63,979 bases of DNA from Paraspadella gotoi (taxonomy: Eukaryota > Animalia > Chaetognatha): NCBI GenBank assembly GCA_051294375.1, contig CM119271.1:13512284-13576262 (forward strand). Direction: 5' to 3'. Under the pieces are notes generated by a model. That model was not told where the DNA came from. It was given only the letters and a program-made list of their open reading frames with translations, and made no database searches. Below are positions 1-13,411 of the stretch, piece by piece (positions within the stretch are counted from its first letter, which is position 1; each line of letters opens with the position of its first letter). The translations under genes and the position numbers were made by a program.

Positions 1-237
1 GCAGCAAAATTCTTTATCTACGGAAACTTGTGACGAGCCGAGTTTTTATAAAAAAGAAAGAATAAAAACATAAAAATTAAACAACAAAAAGTAAACAAAA
101 CAAAAAAAACAATCGATCCCCGGAAGGCATCTTAAAAAAAAAAAAAAAATCCCAGCCTTTTCTTCGCGTCCCTCAAGACGAAACTGATAAAAAATTCTTT
201 CTTTCTCCCAAATTCCCAGTTCTAAAACAACAAAATA

Positions 238-460
238 TACATCCATCCATTCTTCATCCATCCATCGATGCATCCAGGGATCCATTCGTCCATGGATCCA
301 ATCCATCCATCTATCCTTCCATCCATCCAGGGATTCTATTAATCCGATCTTCAGTCCATTCTTCTATCCATCCATCGATCCAATCCATCCATCTATCCTT
401 CCATCCATCCAGGGATCAATCCATTAATCCTATCTTCAGTCCATTCTTCTATCCATCCTC
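238..460 (+). repeat. (ATCC)n-based compound repeat with ~85-bp higher-order unit; duplicated at ~2495-2830
   Basis: atccatccatctatccttccatccatccaggg at 301 and 383. Confidence 0.85.
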
Positions 461-953
461 AAGTCTGTGATGTTTAGCTCCCAAATTTTGTAAACAAAAA
501 ACGAAAGCGAAGCCTACAATTGTAGTTTCCACGTTCTTGGATTCAAAACAAAAGATCACTTTGGCGGAAAAAGACAGAGAAGTGAGAGAGAGAGAGAGGA
601 AGAGAGAGGGAAGAATGAGAGAGAGGAAGAGAGAGAGACGAGAAGAGATGGAGAAGTGACGGGAGAGAGCCAGACAACCGGTGGGAGGTTTTAAGATTCC
701 TGCTTCCACTCCGCGAGATCTAGATCGAGAAGCGGGCGCTCGAGCGCACCGAATCACCGATCGGAGCCGATGATGGAGAGGGAGCTCGGAGAATTTCTGA
801 GAGAAAGAGGAGAGAGAAGAGAGCAGAAGACCGAGAGAGAGAGAGAACGAGAAAGCGAGACGAGAGAGAGAGAGAGAGAGAGAGGCTCTCTCTCTCTCTC
901 GAATAATGTCGACGAGTTTTTTTACTATTCGGGCCTCTCTCGGCCTTTCTCTC

Positions 954-1018
<65 letters not shown>

Positions 1019-1761
1019 TCTCTCCTCTACTCTGGTTTTTCTTTACCGTCTTCTCCTTCTTCTTTCTACTCTCTCTCTCCTTCTCTCTCTCTTTCCTTTC
1101 AGCTAAAATGTTTCTGATTTAATTATATTTATATTTTAAGATATTAATTTCGCTTCTCTTATCAATTTTCCAGGAAACAAAAATTTCCGATCGACCGAAA
1201 AAAATGCGCGAACATAAAAATCTGCGAAAATTTGGACACGAATAGTGATCGCGAAGTGACACGGAACGACATGGAATCGACCGAAATTACATGTCAAAAC
1301 ATGACGTGGAATTAAAATTTAATGTACCAGGATTATCGACAATTCACGTTATCCTTAAAACTAAAAGTGGGATAACGAATACAAAAGACTACGAATTTTA
1401 TTTTTTTTTTAAATTTTACCGAAAAAATTAACAAAACAAGCTTACCTCAAAAAATTTGATTTACCACCAATTTTGTAAGTATCGACGGCGTGAAAACATT
1501 CACACCCTTACATCACAAAAAATGGAAAGAAAACTCTGAACTCTATTTTTCCGGCTTCTTAGTTCTGCCACGCCGCATAGTTCGGATAAGAGAGTCAGAG
1601 AGGCGGAAAAAGTCACTCGACGGAAAGTATATTTATCAAAGATATCAAACGATCTATATTTTAAAAACAAAATTGTTTTTTAAAAAAAAAAAAAGAGAGA
1701 AAAGAAATTAACGATCACATCGGCTGCTTTTCAGGAGCGAGACAGAGGAGAGAGCGAGAAT

Positions 1762-1822
<61 letters not shown>

Positions 1823-3008
1823 AAGAAGAGAGAGAGAGACGTTTCCCCCTCCTTTCCTCTCGTTTTTCGTTTAAAGATTCCTGGGGCGGAAAAGAAGAGG
1901 GCGCCCAGTTGGCTCTACTTGCCGATTGAGAGGACCGCCTTGCTGTAGTAAAAGAAGGTAGAGGAGGAAAGATAACGAGGATGAAAAAAAAAGAGATCGA
2001 TAACGGAAAAAAAAGACTGATCAATAAAGAAATAAAAAGAGAAGCATCGTTAAAGCGGAAAAAGAGCACACGACAAGCGAAATAAAACAAAAAAGAGATC
2101 AATAGGCAAAAAAAAAGCAATCATAAAGAGAAATTAAAACGCACGCCCGAACGCCGACACAAAAAAAAAAATAGAAAAGAAAAAAAAACAACCGCTGACA
2201 TAATAAAAAAAATATTTGAGGGAAAAGAGAAAACCTTTTCAATGCAGCAAAATTCTTTATCTACGGAAACTTGTGACGAGCCGAGTTATAAAAAAGGAAA
2301 GAATAAAACCATAAAAATTAAACTACAAAAGTAAAAAAAGTAAACAACAAAAAAAAAACAACCGAACTCCCCGGAAGGCATCTGTTAAAAGCAAAACAAA
2401 AACCCAGCTTTTCTTCGCGTCCCTCAAGACGAACTGATAAAAAAATTTATCTTCTCCCAACATTCCAAGTTCCTTAAAAACAAACAAAATATACATCCAT
2501 CCATCTTCAATCCATCCATCGATGCATCCCAGGATCCATTCGTCCATGGACTAATCCATCCAATTGTATCTTCCATCTCCAGGGTTTCTATTTTCTATTC
2601 TTCAGGGTCGCATTTTATATCATCCATCGATCCAATCCAATCCATTATCCTTCCATCCATCCAGGGATCAATTCCATTATCCTAGTCTTCAGTCCATTTC
2701 TTCTATCCATCCAGGGAATCATCATCCATTCGTCCATCAATCCAATCCAATCAATCATCTATCCACTCCATTCGTCCATTGAACATCAACAGTCCTACTC
2801 CATCCTCTCTTATCCACTCCATCCAAATCCAAAATCCTCCCTCTTTTCTCCGCACCCCAAATTTCTTTCACAAACCCCGCTATTCCACCAGTCCGCTTCC
2901 ACCCTCCACACCCCCCTATCAAACCAACCATTCCACCCATTTGATAGCTGAAGAGGAAAAGACCCCTATTGCGCCCTCCTGGCNNNNNNNNNNNNNNNNN
3001 NNNNNNNN

Positions 3009-3494
3009 CGCGGAGGGTGCCCCCGACTCTTCCTCCGCCGATCATCGTTCGCAAATCCTGCCTCAAAACCCGCTACCGCGCCGACGACGTCGACGACGAC
3101 GATGGCGACGACGACGACGCCGATCTCGACGACGACGACGCCGGTTTCGCCATCGACGGCGTCCCGGCGCTCTCCAAGACGCTGCCTCCCATCGCCTTCG
3201 CTCGCCCTCTGCCGCAGTCGAAGTCCCTCGATCTGCTGGGCGAGGAGATCGCGCCGCTGCCGCTGCCGCTGCCGCTGCCGCTGGCGGAGGCGTTTCCCCT
3301 GCTGCCGCCGAAGCCGGGAGCGGAGGGAGAGGGAGAGGGAGGAGGGAAGGGAGAGAGAGAGAGGGAGAGAGAGAGAGAGGGCGAGCTGAGTCGGTTGTTG
3401 AGAAGTAAGAGTCCGACCGGAGGAGTCGGGAGAAGAGTCATGGGATCTCTTTTGAAATGGAGACAGTATTGGAACAAGAGGAACTTATTTTCGG
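3009..3494 (+). CDS. Probable protein-coding exon (acidic tract and Pro-rich segments), unknown gene; 5' end lost in gap
   Basis: GC-rich open frame of ~160 codons (RRVPPTLPPPIIVRKSCLKTRYRADD...SKSLDLLGEEI...LLKWRQYWNKRNLFS) ending at a consensus donor TCGG|GTGAGT (3494/3495), followed by a long pyrimidine-rich tract. Confidence 0.55.
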
Positions 3495-3994
3495 GTGAGT
3501 TCTCTTTTTTACCTATTTTTCTTTCTTTCTTTTAATTTTTTTCTCTTCTCTTCTTTCTTTCTCTCTTTTACTTCCTGTCTTCTTTTCGTTTCTCTGCCTT
3601 TCTTTCTTTTTTTTTCCTTTTTCTCTTACTTCCTTTCTTTTTTTCTTTTTTCTTTCCCCTTATCTTATCTTACTTTTTTTTCCTTTCTTTCCTTCCTTTT
3701 CCTTTCTTTCTTTTCTCCTTTCTTTCTTTCCATTCTTTCTTTCCTTCATTTCTTTCTTTCCTTCCTTTCTTTCTTTCCTTCCTTTCTTTCTTTCCCTCCT
3801 TTCTTTCTTTCCTTCCTTTCTTTCTTTCCTTCCTTTCTTTCTTTCCTCTCTCTTTCTCTCCCACGTATTATTATCCTCCACTGTTTGCCGCTTCGCGATT
3901 TGATTGCCTCTCGGAAACCGCATCGAGCCTCTCCTGGTTTATCGGGCGGTGGTGAGCATCTTTCCGTTTATGCGAATCACTTAATCATTGATGC

Positions 3995-4069
<75 letters not shown>

Positions 4070-4380
4070 CCCAGGGAAATATCCTTTTTTTTATTTTTAT
4101 TTTTTTTTATGTTTGGTTTGTTTTTTCTTTGTTTTCTTTTTCCTTAGAGACCAGAATGTCGATGTATTGTTGCTTTGTTGAATCAATTACAATATCGATT
4201 TATTATACAAACATTCACAATAACCAATAATATCATAATGGTTATAACTTTTAAAAGGAAAGACTTTTCATCAAAAAAAGAAAAATAGCCAACACACGCG
4301 AGCTCATAATCATTTTCGGTTTGTTTAAAAAATCGATTTCCTAACTAGACCTTTTTAAGCGCGTGAACTTTATCATTTCA

Positions 4381-4631
4381 AAAATCAAGAACGGTAAATT
4401 CCGATGCGTTGCACCGAAGTGATTTTATTTTTGGGTCATGACGTGATCACCGCAACAAGTCACGTGACGGAGCTAATGAGCCGTTCGAATCGCACTGATT
4501 AGAGTCGAAGTTCTTTCCGAATTTAAGCAAAAATAACGAGAAGAGCAAAAGAGGGAAAGTTGGAAAGGGAAAGTTAGAGAACATTCATAAGCATTTGAAA
4601 CCTAAGTGGGATAGACGAACAGACAGACAGA
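4381..4631 (-). mobile_element. HINE-like element copy (5' part runs into N gap)
   Basis: Reverse complement of 4381-4432 = AAAATAAAATCACTTCGGTGCAACGCATCGGAATTTACCGTTCTTGATTTT (family 3' end); reverse complement of 4595-4631 = TCTGTCTGTCTGTTCGTCTATCCCACTTAGGTTTCAA. Confidence 0.6.
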
Positions 4632-5107
4632 NNNNNNNNNNNNNNNNNNNNNNNNNNNNNNNNNNNNNNNNNNNNNNNNNNNNNNNNNNNNNNNNNNNNN
4701 NNNNNNNNNNNNNNNNNNNNNNNNNNNNNNNNNNNNNNNNNNNNNNNNNNNNNNNNNNNNNNNNNNNNNNNNNNNNNNNNNNNNNNNNNNNNNNNNNNNN
4801 NNNNNNNNNNNNNNNNNNNNNNNNNNNNNNNNNNNNGACCGACCGACGAGTTTCTTTAGCTGTCTCTCAGGCTGTTTCTAACAATGTTGTCGCAATGGTT
4901 CATGACGCTGTTGTTTCAGCAGGCACTGGTGTTGTAAGTGATGTTGTTGTTGTTAAAAGTAGCATTAACTTGTTAAATGTTGTTGTTGTTAATGTTGTTG
5001 TTTCTGTGTTGACTCCGCTAACCACGATGACCACAAGTCTCTCCCAGTCTTGTGGGTAGATTGTTTTTGGAGGAACGAATCCGCGTAGGAAGTATAAATC
5101 TTTATCA

Positions 5108-5138
<31 letters not shown>

Positions 5139-6973
5139 TTGGTTTTGTCGATCGTCTTCGTTGTCGGGCGTCAGTTGTAGTCGGTTTCGTCTTTTCGTCG
5201 TTTTTCGTGTCCGTCGTCCGTAGGTCGTTACTCTCTTGTCGGTGTCGTCGTTCGTCGTCTGTCGTTCCTTTGAAGTAGTATGATATTTTTTTTATCTTTC
5301 TTTCCGATTAAATTTCTTTTACTTTCTTTTGTGTTGGATATAAAAAGACGATATTTTTGTTTATTATTTTTGAAAAAAGAGAAAAAGTTTCTTCGCTGCG
5401 GATATAAACTCGGAAGCGAGAATACGCTCACTCTCTATACCTTTCTCTATCATTTCTTCTCTTCCTACTTATCTCTTCCTCCACTAATCTCTCTACTTCT
5501 CTCTAGCATGTCTCTACTCTCTTCAATCTCTCTCCTACTCATACTTCTATACAACTCCTAATTACATTTCTTTTTATTTGTTCTTCTGTTTCTTTTTCAT
5601 TATATATGATCCATATCTTCCTATACATTCTTATTTATTTATAAGCTGAATTCTTTTTTAGTGGCTTGATTGAGCAACATCAGCTAATGAAGCACTTTAC
5701 GATACGTGATACGCAGCTCACTCTCGGTTTCTCGGCTCTCTAAGTGGGATCATTGTTTATCCGATCAGCAACGGTCGGTCTGTTCCGTCGCGTCATGTCA
5801 CGACTTACTCGTTATTAAAGTGAGATTGATAATTCAGGCACCGACTTATAGTTCAGGTTGTTCATTTTTGTATAACGCACACAGAAAAAAATACAACTCT
5901 AATAAGAGTCCAGAACTTTTAGCGTGAGTAGCAATCCGAGTAAAAACATTTAAAATGGTCTTTTAGGGCCGCGCTCAGGAAATCCTTAAGAATTGCAATT
6001 AAGAAGAGAATAATAAATGATCAAGGAAATTTATATGTTGCATGACTTGGGCCACATGTTCTGCAAGATTCCTCTAACAAACTAGTGCTCTGAAAGAAGT
6101 GTTATAATCCATGTTTACCCGTCGTCTATTTAAATGAATGATAAGTATTCTAATCAAAGAGAAAATACGACAGGTATGACAATAAGATAGTCCTATGTCC
6201 TCGCTCATTACAACATTGAAATACAAGCACGTTCTTCGTTTGCTCCTTTTCTTTATTTTTTTTTCCTATTTTTTCTTCTTTCATTTTGCTTTAATTTCGT
6301 TGTTAACATCTTCCTTTGGTCAATGTGGTATATCTTGAGATGCCTTTATTTTATTTTTCAAAAGAAGATTATCTCAACAGTTTCTAGTTTTTATCTTTTA
6401 TATTGCGCTTGGCTTCAATGAACAGAGGTAGTAATCTTGTCTTTATTTTTTCTCATTCACATACTTCGACCCTTCTTCAACAAAAATATCCTTATATTAC
6501 ATCAGCTGTTCTATCCTATATCTCTCTGATAGCTATCTTGCTCTCACCTTGGTGACTTATTTCAGCTCTACTCTTTACTCTTTCTCCTTTTTTTTCTCTC
6601 ATATTTTTCTCCGCTTGGCAAGCATCATTCTTTTGCTCATATTCGTCAAATAGGTTTTTCTTTGCAACGACAACCTTCATTCCAGAAGATATCTAAAATT
6701 TCTGTATTGGAACCTCCCTTGTGAGCAGATTCCTAGTGATCTCCATCTTGTTTAATGTTCTCGGAATAACATTACATTTTTTCACGAACTGAGCTTTTTG
6801 TTCAAATCAAGTGATAATAAATAAAATAGAAAAACATAAATAAAAATCATATGAAATAAATACTAAATGAAAAAGTAAAATGATATAATGAGTCATGGAA
6901 TCAAAGATGGAATAATGAGATTTGACTAATGTTATTATATTCTCTGTTACTCGTCTCCTCGTCTCTCTCTCTT

Positions 6974-7027
<54 letters not shown>

Positions 7028-10000
7028 TTTCTCTTTCTCTCTCTTCCTCTCTCTCATCGTCTCGTTCTTCTCTCTTTCCTCCCTTTAATTCTTCTTGTTG
7101 TTGTTTCTTTGTTTCTTTTTATTTTTTCTTTTCTTTCAAATTATTGTTTTTCGTTCTTTTAGGCTGAAGAGCAAACTCTATAAGTCACTTTACGTCTTGT
7201 CGGGTCCGGGGTTATATCCTGTGCATTACAGTAAGTTCAATCAACGAAAAACGTTTTTCTATCAAAGTTTCAAAAAATACAATTTACGTTGTTACTTTTC
7301 GTCAACTGCAAGGGTACCGAGACTTAAATGTGATATCTTATTTTAGTTCACCGTTATCTCTCGGAGTATAGAATTTTCTATAGTTTTTGGATTAAATTCA
7401 AGATATATTTATTACTAACGATAAAAATTAATACATAACAAATGGTAAGAGAGTAGACTGGGGTCCTATAAGGTTTAACTTTTTTTATAACCAGCCTTAT
7501 TTCACCGTCCTGTCCCCAAAATCGTAAGATTAAGTAACAACTGTGGTACTAAAAAATAATCCAACTTTTTGAAATAATTTTGGGAATTTTAATTTTAATT
7601 AAAAAATGGAATTCTGATGTAAAGACCGTATAAATAAATTAGTTTAGAGTGATTATATTGTTTCATAATTTAAAAATTTGGAATGTAAATGGGTTAAAAT
7701 TTGAAATAAATATTCCAATTGAAACGAAATCATCATCGATACAACGCATCATCATTTCCAACTAAAATAATCTTAAGATAGACATTTTGAATAGGTCTTT
7801 TTTTTATAGATTTTTGTAGCCAACAAATCATTAAAAAGTTTAAAAGAAGTTGTAAATAATGACACCCTTTTCATCGAATCTAAACCTCTTAAAAAGAATT
7901 TATCAAAGAAATCAGAGTAAAAAAGAGTAAAATTATTTACCAACCAAGAATTTAACAATAATATTAGTTAAAGAATTCGCCCTCATTAGTTGTGACAAAT
8001 GTCATAGTTTTTGAAATTTTGACTTTCAAAAATCGAAAATCATTCTGTGGTCAATATAAAAGGATTTTTCAATATATAAGTTTCTGTAATTATATATGAC
8101 TTATACATATGAAGTAGATACATACTAAAGTGATCAAAAGGAAAATACCAGTAAAAATAATTAACGTCACATTACAAGAGTGCGGCAAATTCCAACCATG
8201 ACACTATTGTTAAAGACACAGATTTTTCATGGTTAATTAATCTAGACGCAAATTTGAGGAATTATATAAAATTTTTCTTATCGCGTTGTAAACTTAATAT
8301 AATTCTAAAATATAAGTTTTACTTATCTTGTTGAGGTTTGTCGTTGCTGCACAGAAACCTAGCTTTTTTCATATATTTTATGCTTGTAACTATCTTTTTT
8401 CTTTCTCTCGTCTCATAGTTATTTTTAACTCATTTTTTGGTTGTTGCATTTCTCTTCTGCATATGCATCTTTGTCCATTACAATGGTTATATATCGTTCC
8501 ATCCTATCCATCTTCGCATCTTCCTTTCGAATTTCAATTTGTCTCTTCTCATTTCTCCGTAAAATTTCTGTTGTACAGATCACTATTAAATTTTGGATCA
8601 TGGGGTTGCAATCCCGTCAGCAACTCTCCTTTCGCTCATTACATCGCAATATAATCTCACTCTCCTATGCCATTTCTTTGTGCCTCTCTTCCTCCCTCTC
8701 TCAATTTTCTTTTTTACTACAAATAAACGTGTGGATGTTGCTGGCATTCAATACATCCGTGTTCATCACTGGAAAAGCTGCGTGATATAGGGGCTATAAA
8801 ATAATGACAAGTTTCAGACCGAGTTTTGTCAATTTTTATTGTCTGAAAAAAAAAAGAAAAGAATAAAATAAAAGAAAGTACCTACAATAAAAATTAGCTA
8901 ATACTGAATGAACTATTTTTGGGAACCAGCTTGATGATGTTGTTAAATTTCTTATTACACAAAATAAATATGAAAGAGAAACAAGAAAAAGTTGGCAGTC
9001 TTAACCAATTCTAATAATAGAAAAAAATTGAGATTAAAAGAAAAGAGATGTGTCTAAAATCTCTTTCCTCTCTCACTCCTGCCTCTCACCTCATTCTCAG
9101 CATCTCTCTCTCTCTCTTGCAGCATAAAAAAAGGTTATGGAAAAATAGTTGGAGAGTTTTCTCACTCTTCTCGATCATGATCTTCTTTCTCCTATCATGG
9201 CAGTCTCTCTTCAGAATTCAACGAATCGACTTTAGCTTCTTGAGATTTAGCCTCCAAGGATCATTCCTCCACAGTCAATATTTCTCTTATCTCTCTCTTC
9301 AAAGTTGAACGATTAAGAAAAGAAGGCACAACATGTTTGAGAATTTATTTTCGACGATGCAGCCTCCATGTGGGCATCATCTTTTTTTTCGAGTCTCAGC
9401 ACTTTTTGGAAGATCCGTTGGAAATGAGGGCTGAGTACTCCAAGAACGAGAGAAGACGAGAGAGAGAATAGAGAGAGAGCAGAGAGAGAGAGAAGAAGAA
9501 ATAGTAAAGAGATATGAATCATTGCGAGGGGAGGGGGGAGAGAGAGAGAGAGAGATTTACGTATTGCATATATAATTCGGCCATGTAAAGATTGTTCAAG
9601 ATTTCATAGTTTTTTTTTTTTTTTGGACTTTTTTTTGTGTAAGAATTATATTATTCGTTTATTTGATAGCACACGGAAAAATTGAAGGGAATTTAATAGA
9701 TAGATTTATTCACGAAAGAAATTGAACAGAAATATTTTTTTTTTTTTAATTTTCACAAGAAAGAGCCTAGTTCACTTCCTTGAACATGAGACAATAGTTA
9801 TGTGTTCCCTAAACTTCCATTATTGACCTGTAATATTACTGAAGACTTCAAAGTAGGAAGCAAAGAAGAAGGAAATTTACAGAAAACTCCATATATGAAA
9901 AAACCCGGATGAAACATTGTTTAAGCTTGAAACGCAGACCACAGAAAATAGGGTAGAGAAACAAGACAAATGACTCACAGCAAACAAAAAAGGGAAGACA

Positions 10001-10589
10001 CACAGAAGATAAGTTTCGAAGAAGAAAGACTCAAATAATTTTAAATTAGTTTGACAAACTAAAAGGAAAATCGGAATAAATGGACGCCACCTTCAGAGCT
10101 GCAGCTAGTATAATAAACCTGATGTAGTAAGGAGGATTTTACCTTTTCTGAGGATCTGACCCAAATGAAAGTTGGCGCAAATGTTTAACTCCCTCTAGTT
10201 GCCATAGCTCCCATTATAAATCATGCAGATATGTACAAAGCTGCTAATAAATAGGAGCAAATATTCTTTTTGAAATACGAGCAGGAAATTGGGGAGACAT
10301 GGCGACGAAAAGGGCATATCAAAAGACCACATACACACATTAAACAAGAAAAGAGAGAATCTCTCGCCTCACAATTCTCGACGACACTTCATAATTGCNN
10401 NNNNNNNNNNNNNNNNNNNNNNNTCGTCTTCGTTGTCGTTGTCGTCGTCGTCGTCGTCGTTCTCAGTATTTCTTCTCCCATTAAATTTCTTTACTTCTTT
10501 TCTTGAAAAATAGACAATTTTTTTTATTTTTGAAAAAGAGAAAAAGTTTCGTTCGCTGCGGATATAAATCTCTGAGCGAGAATCCCTCA

Positions 10590-10723
<134 letters not shown>

Positions 10724-10792
10724 TTTACATTCTTTCTTTTGTTGTTTCTTTGTTTCTTTCTTACTTTATTTCTTTCATTATTTTTTTCGTTC

Positions 10793-11167
10793 TTTTTAGC
10801 TGAAGAGCAACTCTATAAGTCACTTTACGTCTGTCGGTCGGTCCGTCGGTATGTCTGTCCGTCGGTCGGTCTGTCCGTCGGTCTGTCCCACTTACGTTAA
10901 AAATAGATATAATTTGCTTATAGTTGGTTGTTCATTTGTTAAGACAGAAAAAAACCTCAAATCTTAGTGACTGCTAGGGCCGCCTTCAGGAAATCCTAAG
11001 GAATAAGGAATAAAAGACAGAATTTGTGATGCAGTGCATGTCATCAATACACGGGCTAAAAAAGTTTTTAAGTCATGTCATGTCATATCATATAAAGTGA
11101 TCAAAGAGAAATACAAGTAAAAATAAAGTCACTGTGGCGCAACACATTGAAATAACCGTTCTTGTTT
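10793..11167 (+). mobile_element. HINE/DINE-1-like element copy
   Basis: TTTTTAGCTGAAGAGCAACTCTATAAGTCACTTT, GTCG/GTCT microsatellite, CCCACTTACGTTAAAA, internal aaaacctcaaat...gccgccttcaggaaatcctaa shared with the 58731 copy, 3' CACTGTGGCGCAACACATTGAAATAACCGTTCTTGTTT. Confidence 0.72.
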
Positions 11168-11456
11168 CTCCTTTTCTTTTATTTCTTTTTCCTATTTTTT
11201 CTTTCTTTCTTTCTTTCGTTCTTTCTTTCTTTCTTTCTTCATTCTCTTCTTCTCATCGTTCCGTTCCTTTCCTTTCTCTCTCCTTTCCTTTCCTCCCTCT
11301 CTCCTTTTCTTTTCTCCGCACGAACGATTCCGAGCTGCGAAATAAATAATCACGCGAGTTTTGTGAAAAAGAAAAAAAAGAAAAAAATAAAAATCAAGAA
11401 AATAAATGAAAGAAAAAAAGTTGGAATCAAAAAGAAAATGAGATTAAAATGTTTTA

Positions 11457-11492
<36 letters not shown>

Positions 11493-11587
11493 GAAGAGAG
11501 AAAGATAGAAAAGGAGAAAGAAAGAAAAAAAAAGAACGAGAGACAGAAGAAAGAAAGAAAGAAAAAGAAAGAAAGAAAGAGAGCGAG

Positions 11588-11644
<57 letters not shown>

Positions 11645-13317
11645 AAGAATGAAGGAGAAAGAAAGTGAAGATAATAATGCTTAGTGTTAAGAGATGCCGT
11701 TGCTCATCTGTTTATTTTGCTCATCATGATTTCGTTTTCGACATTTTGATTACTCAAGCCTATCTGTGTGCTACCTTTTCACGTTTTCACAGAGAGACCA
11801 GTCACAGTGAGACTTCAGCCCGTCCCAAAACGCCTTTTTACGGGAAATGAGGCACGTTGTCACTCAGTCACGTTTGTCAACCACTTGTAGCAGATCATGA
11901 CGACTTGTCACGTGGGCAATAAATGGATTTGTGGACAACTGACGGAGGCGGTGACAAAGGGGCTGACACCCTCACCGACAAAGGGTCTCGGCGTCACTCG
12001 CGCCCACTTCCGGCAGTCTCCCCCAGTAATGGCGCGACGGGTCATAAGACGGAGATACGCCTGGCAAGGCAGGCTGACTACTAGTTCCTCGATACTTAGA
12101 TTTAAAGGAAAAAATCGCTGATTCTAACTAAGTCGTGAGTGTCTACGCTCGATTTCTTCTCGCGAAAAAAGCTTAAAAATTTTCCTTTTTTTTTAAGCCA
12201 ATAGTTAAAGTAGATTTTATAACGCAATAGTTAAAATAGATTTTTTCTGCTCAATTAGTTCAAAAACTCTGAAAGAACTTTTGTCGTAGCGAATTTTGAA
12301 GTCTTAGAAATAAGCAACAGTGCGTTGTGCTTAATGACAGAGAGATATAGGACTAAGCTCTGACAAAAAAAGTCAGAGGTTTTTTTAATATATTCTTTGA
12401 CCGGCCAATGTAGAATGATGGCAATATTGCTATTTTTAAGTTTCAAAAAAATCCGACCATAAATATAGAAAATATTAACCAAAATCTTCGGAAAATCCAC
12501 CCCTTCTTTGGAAGATTTTCGCCATATAAGATTTTTTTTCAGAATCTGACTCCGGTTGAAAACTCTTAGAATTCCGATCATTAGCTCCTCTTTTACTTTT
12601 ACTTTAAATAAAAATTTCACCAAAATGGACTAATTCACTTTAACATGATCGTATCATATTCAAATAACCAAATGAAAATGTAAAGAAAAATTTTGAGAGC
12701 CCTTCAGACATATTGCTATCAGATTCCTGAATTCGAAGTTTATTGTTAAAATGACAACATACCTTAAATGCGTTGACATTGTATTGAAGTTGAGAAATCC
12801 CTTTATTTTATATATAAAAATTGCATCAAAAATATTTTCCCGAGCGGACCAGTCCATTTGAATCGAATGGTTCGATGTCAAATGATGGTTATTTGTCAAG
12901 AGAAAAAAATGCGAGCCCTTCAGATGCAACAGGATCGGAATCGAGTGTTTTTACATCTATTTTTTACCTGAATTTTTCCCAGGGGCGTTGACATTATTTG
13001 GTAGTCAGATTTTAACAAAAAATCTCCATTGAAAAAGTCTTCCTCGATTTCTAAGAACGACGTAGACTCTAAGAGATAACTATTCCAAACCGATTTTTAA
13101 AATCAAGAATGACCCGAAGAATTAAATGAAACCCTAGAAAGTAGTAATTTTATTAGTTTGAAATCAATAGTTTAAGAAAGGCTTTTCGTAGACACTGCCT
13201 TAAGAAAAAGAAGGAACATGTCTTAATTATTTTCGAGCCTCGTGGCTTTTTCGGTCTCAGCTTGGAAGATCGTGAGAGGGAGACAGACAGAGAGAGAGAG
13301 AGAGAGAGAGAAAGAGA

Positions 13318-13350
<33 letters not shown>

Positions 13351-13375
13351 NNNNNNNNNNNNNNNNNNNNNNNNN

Positions 13376-13411
<36 letters not shown>

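Noticed and set aside
4837-5060. Val-rich ORF (plus) or Thr-rich mucin-like frame (minus)
   Set aside because: Driven by (GTT)n repeats; the minus frame has stops; adjacent to a gap and to noisy sequence.
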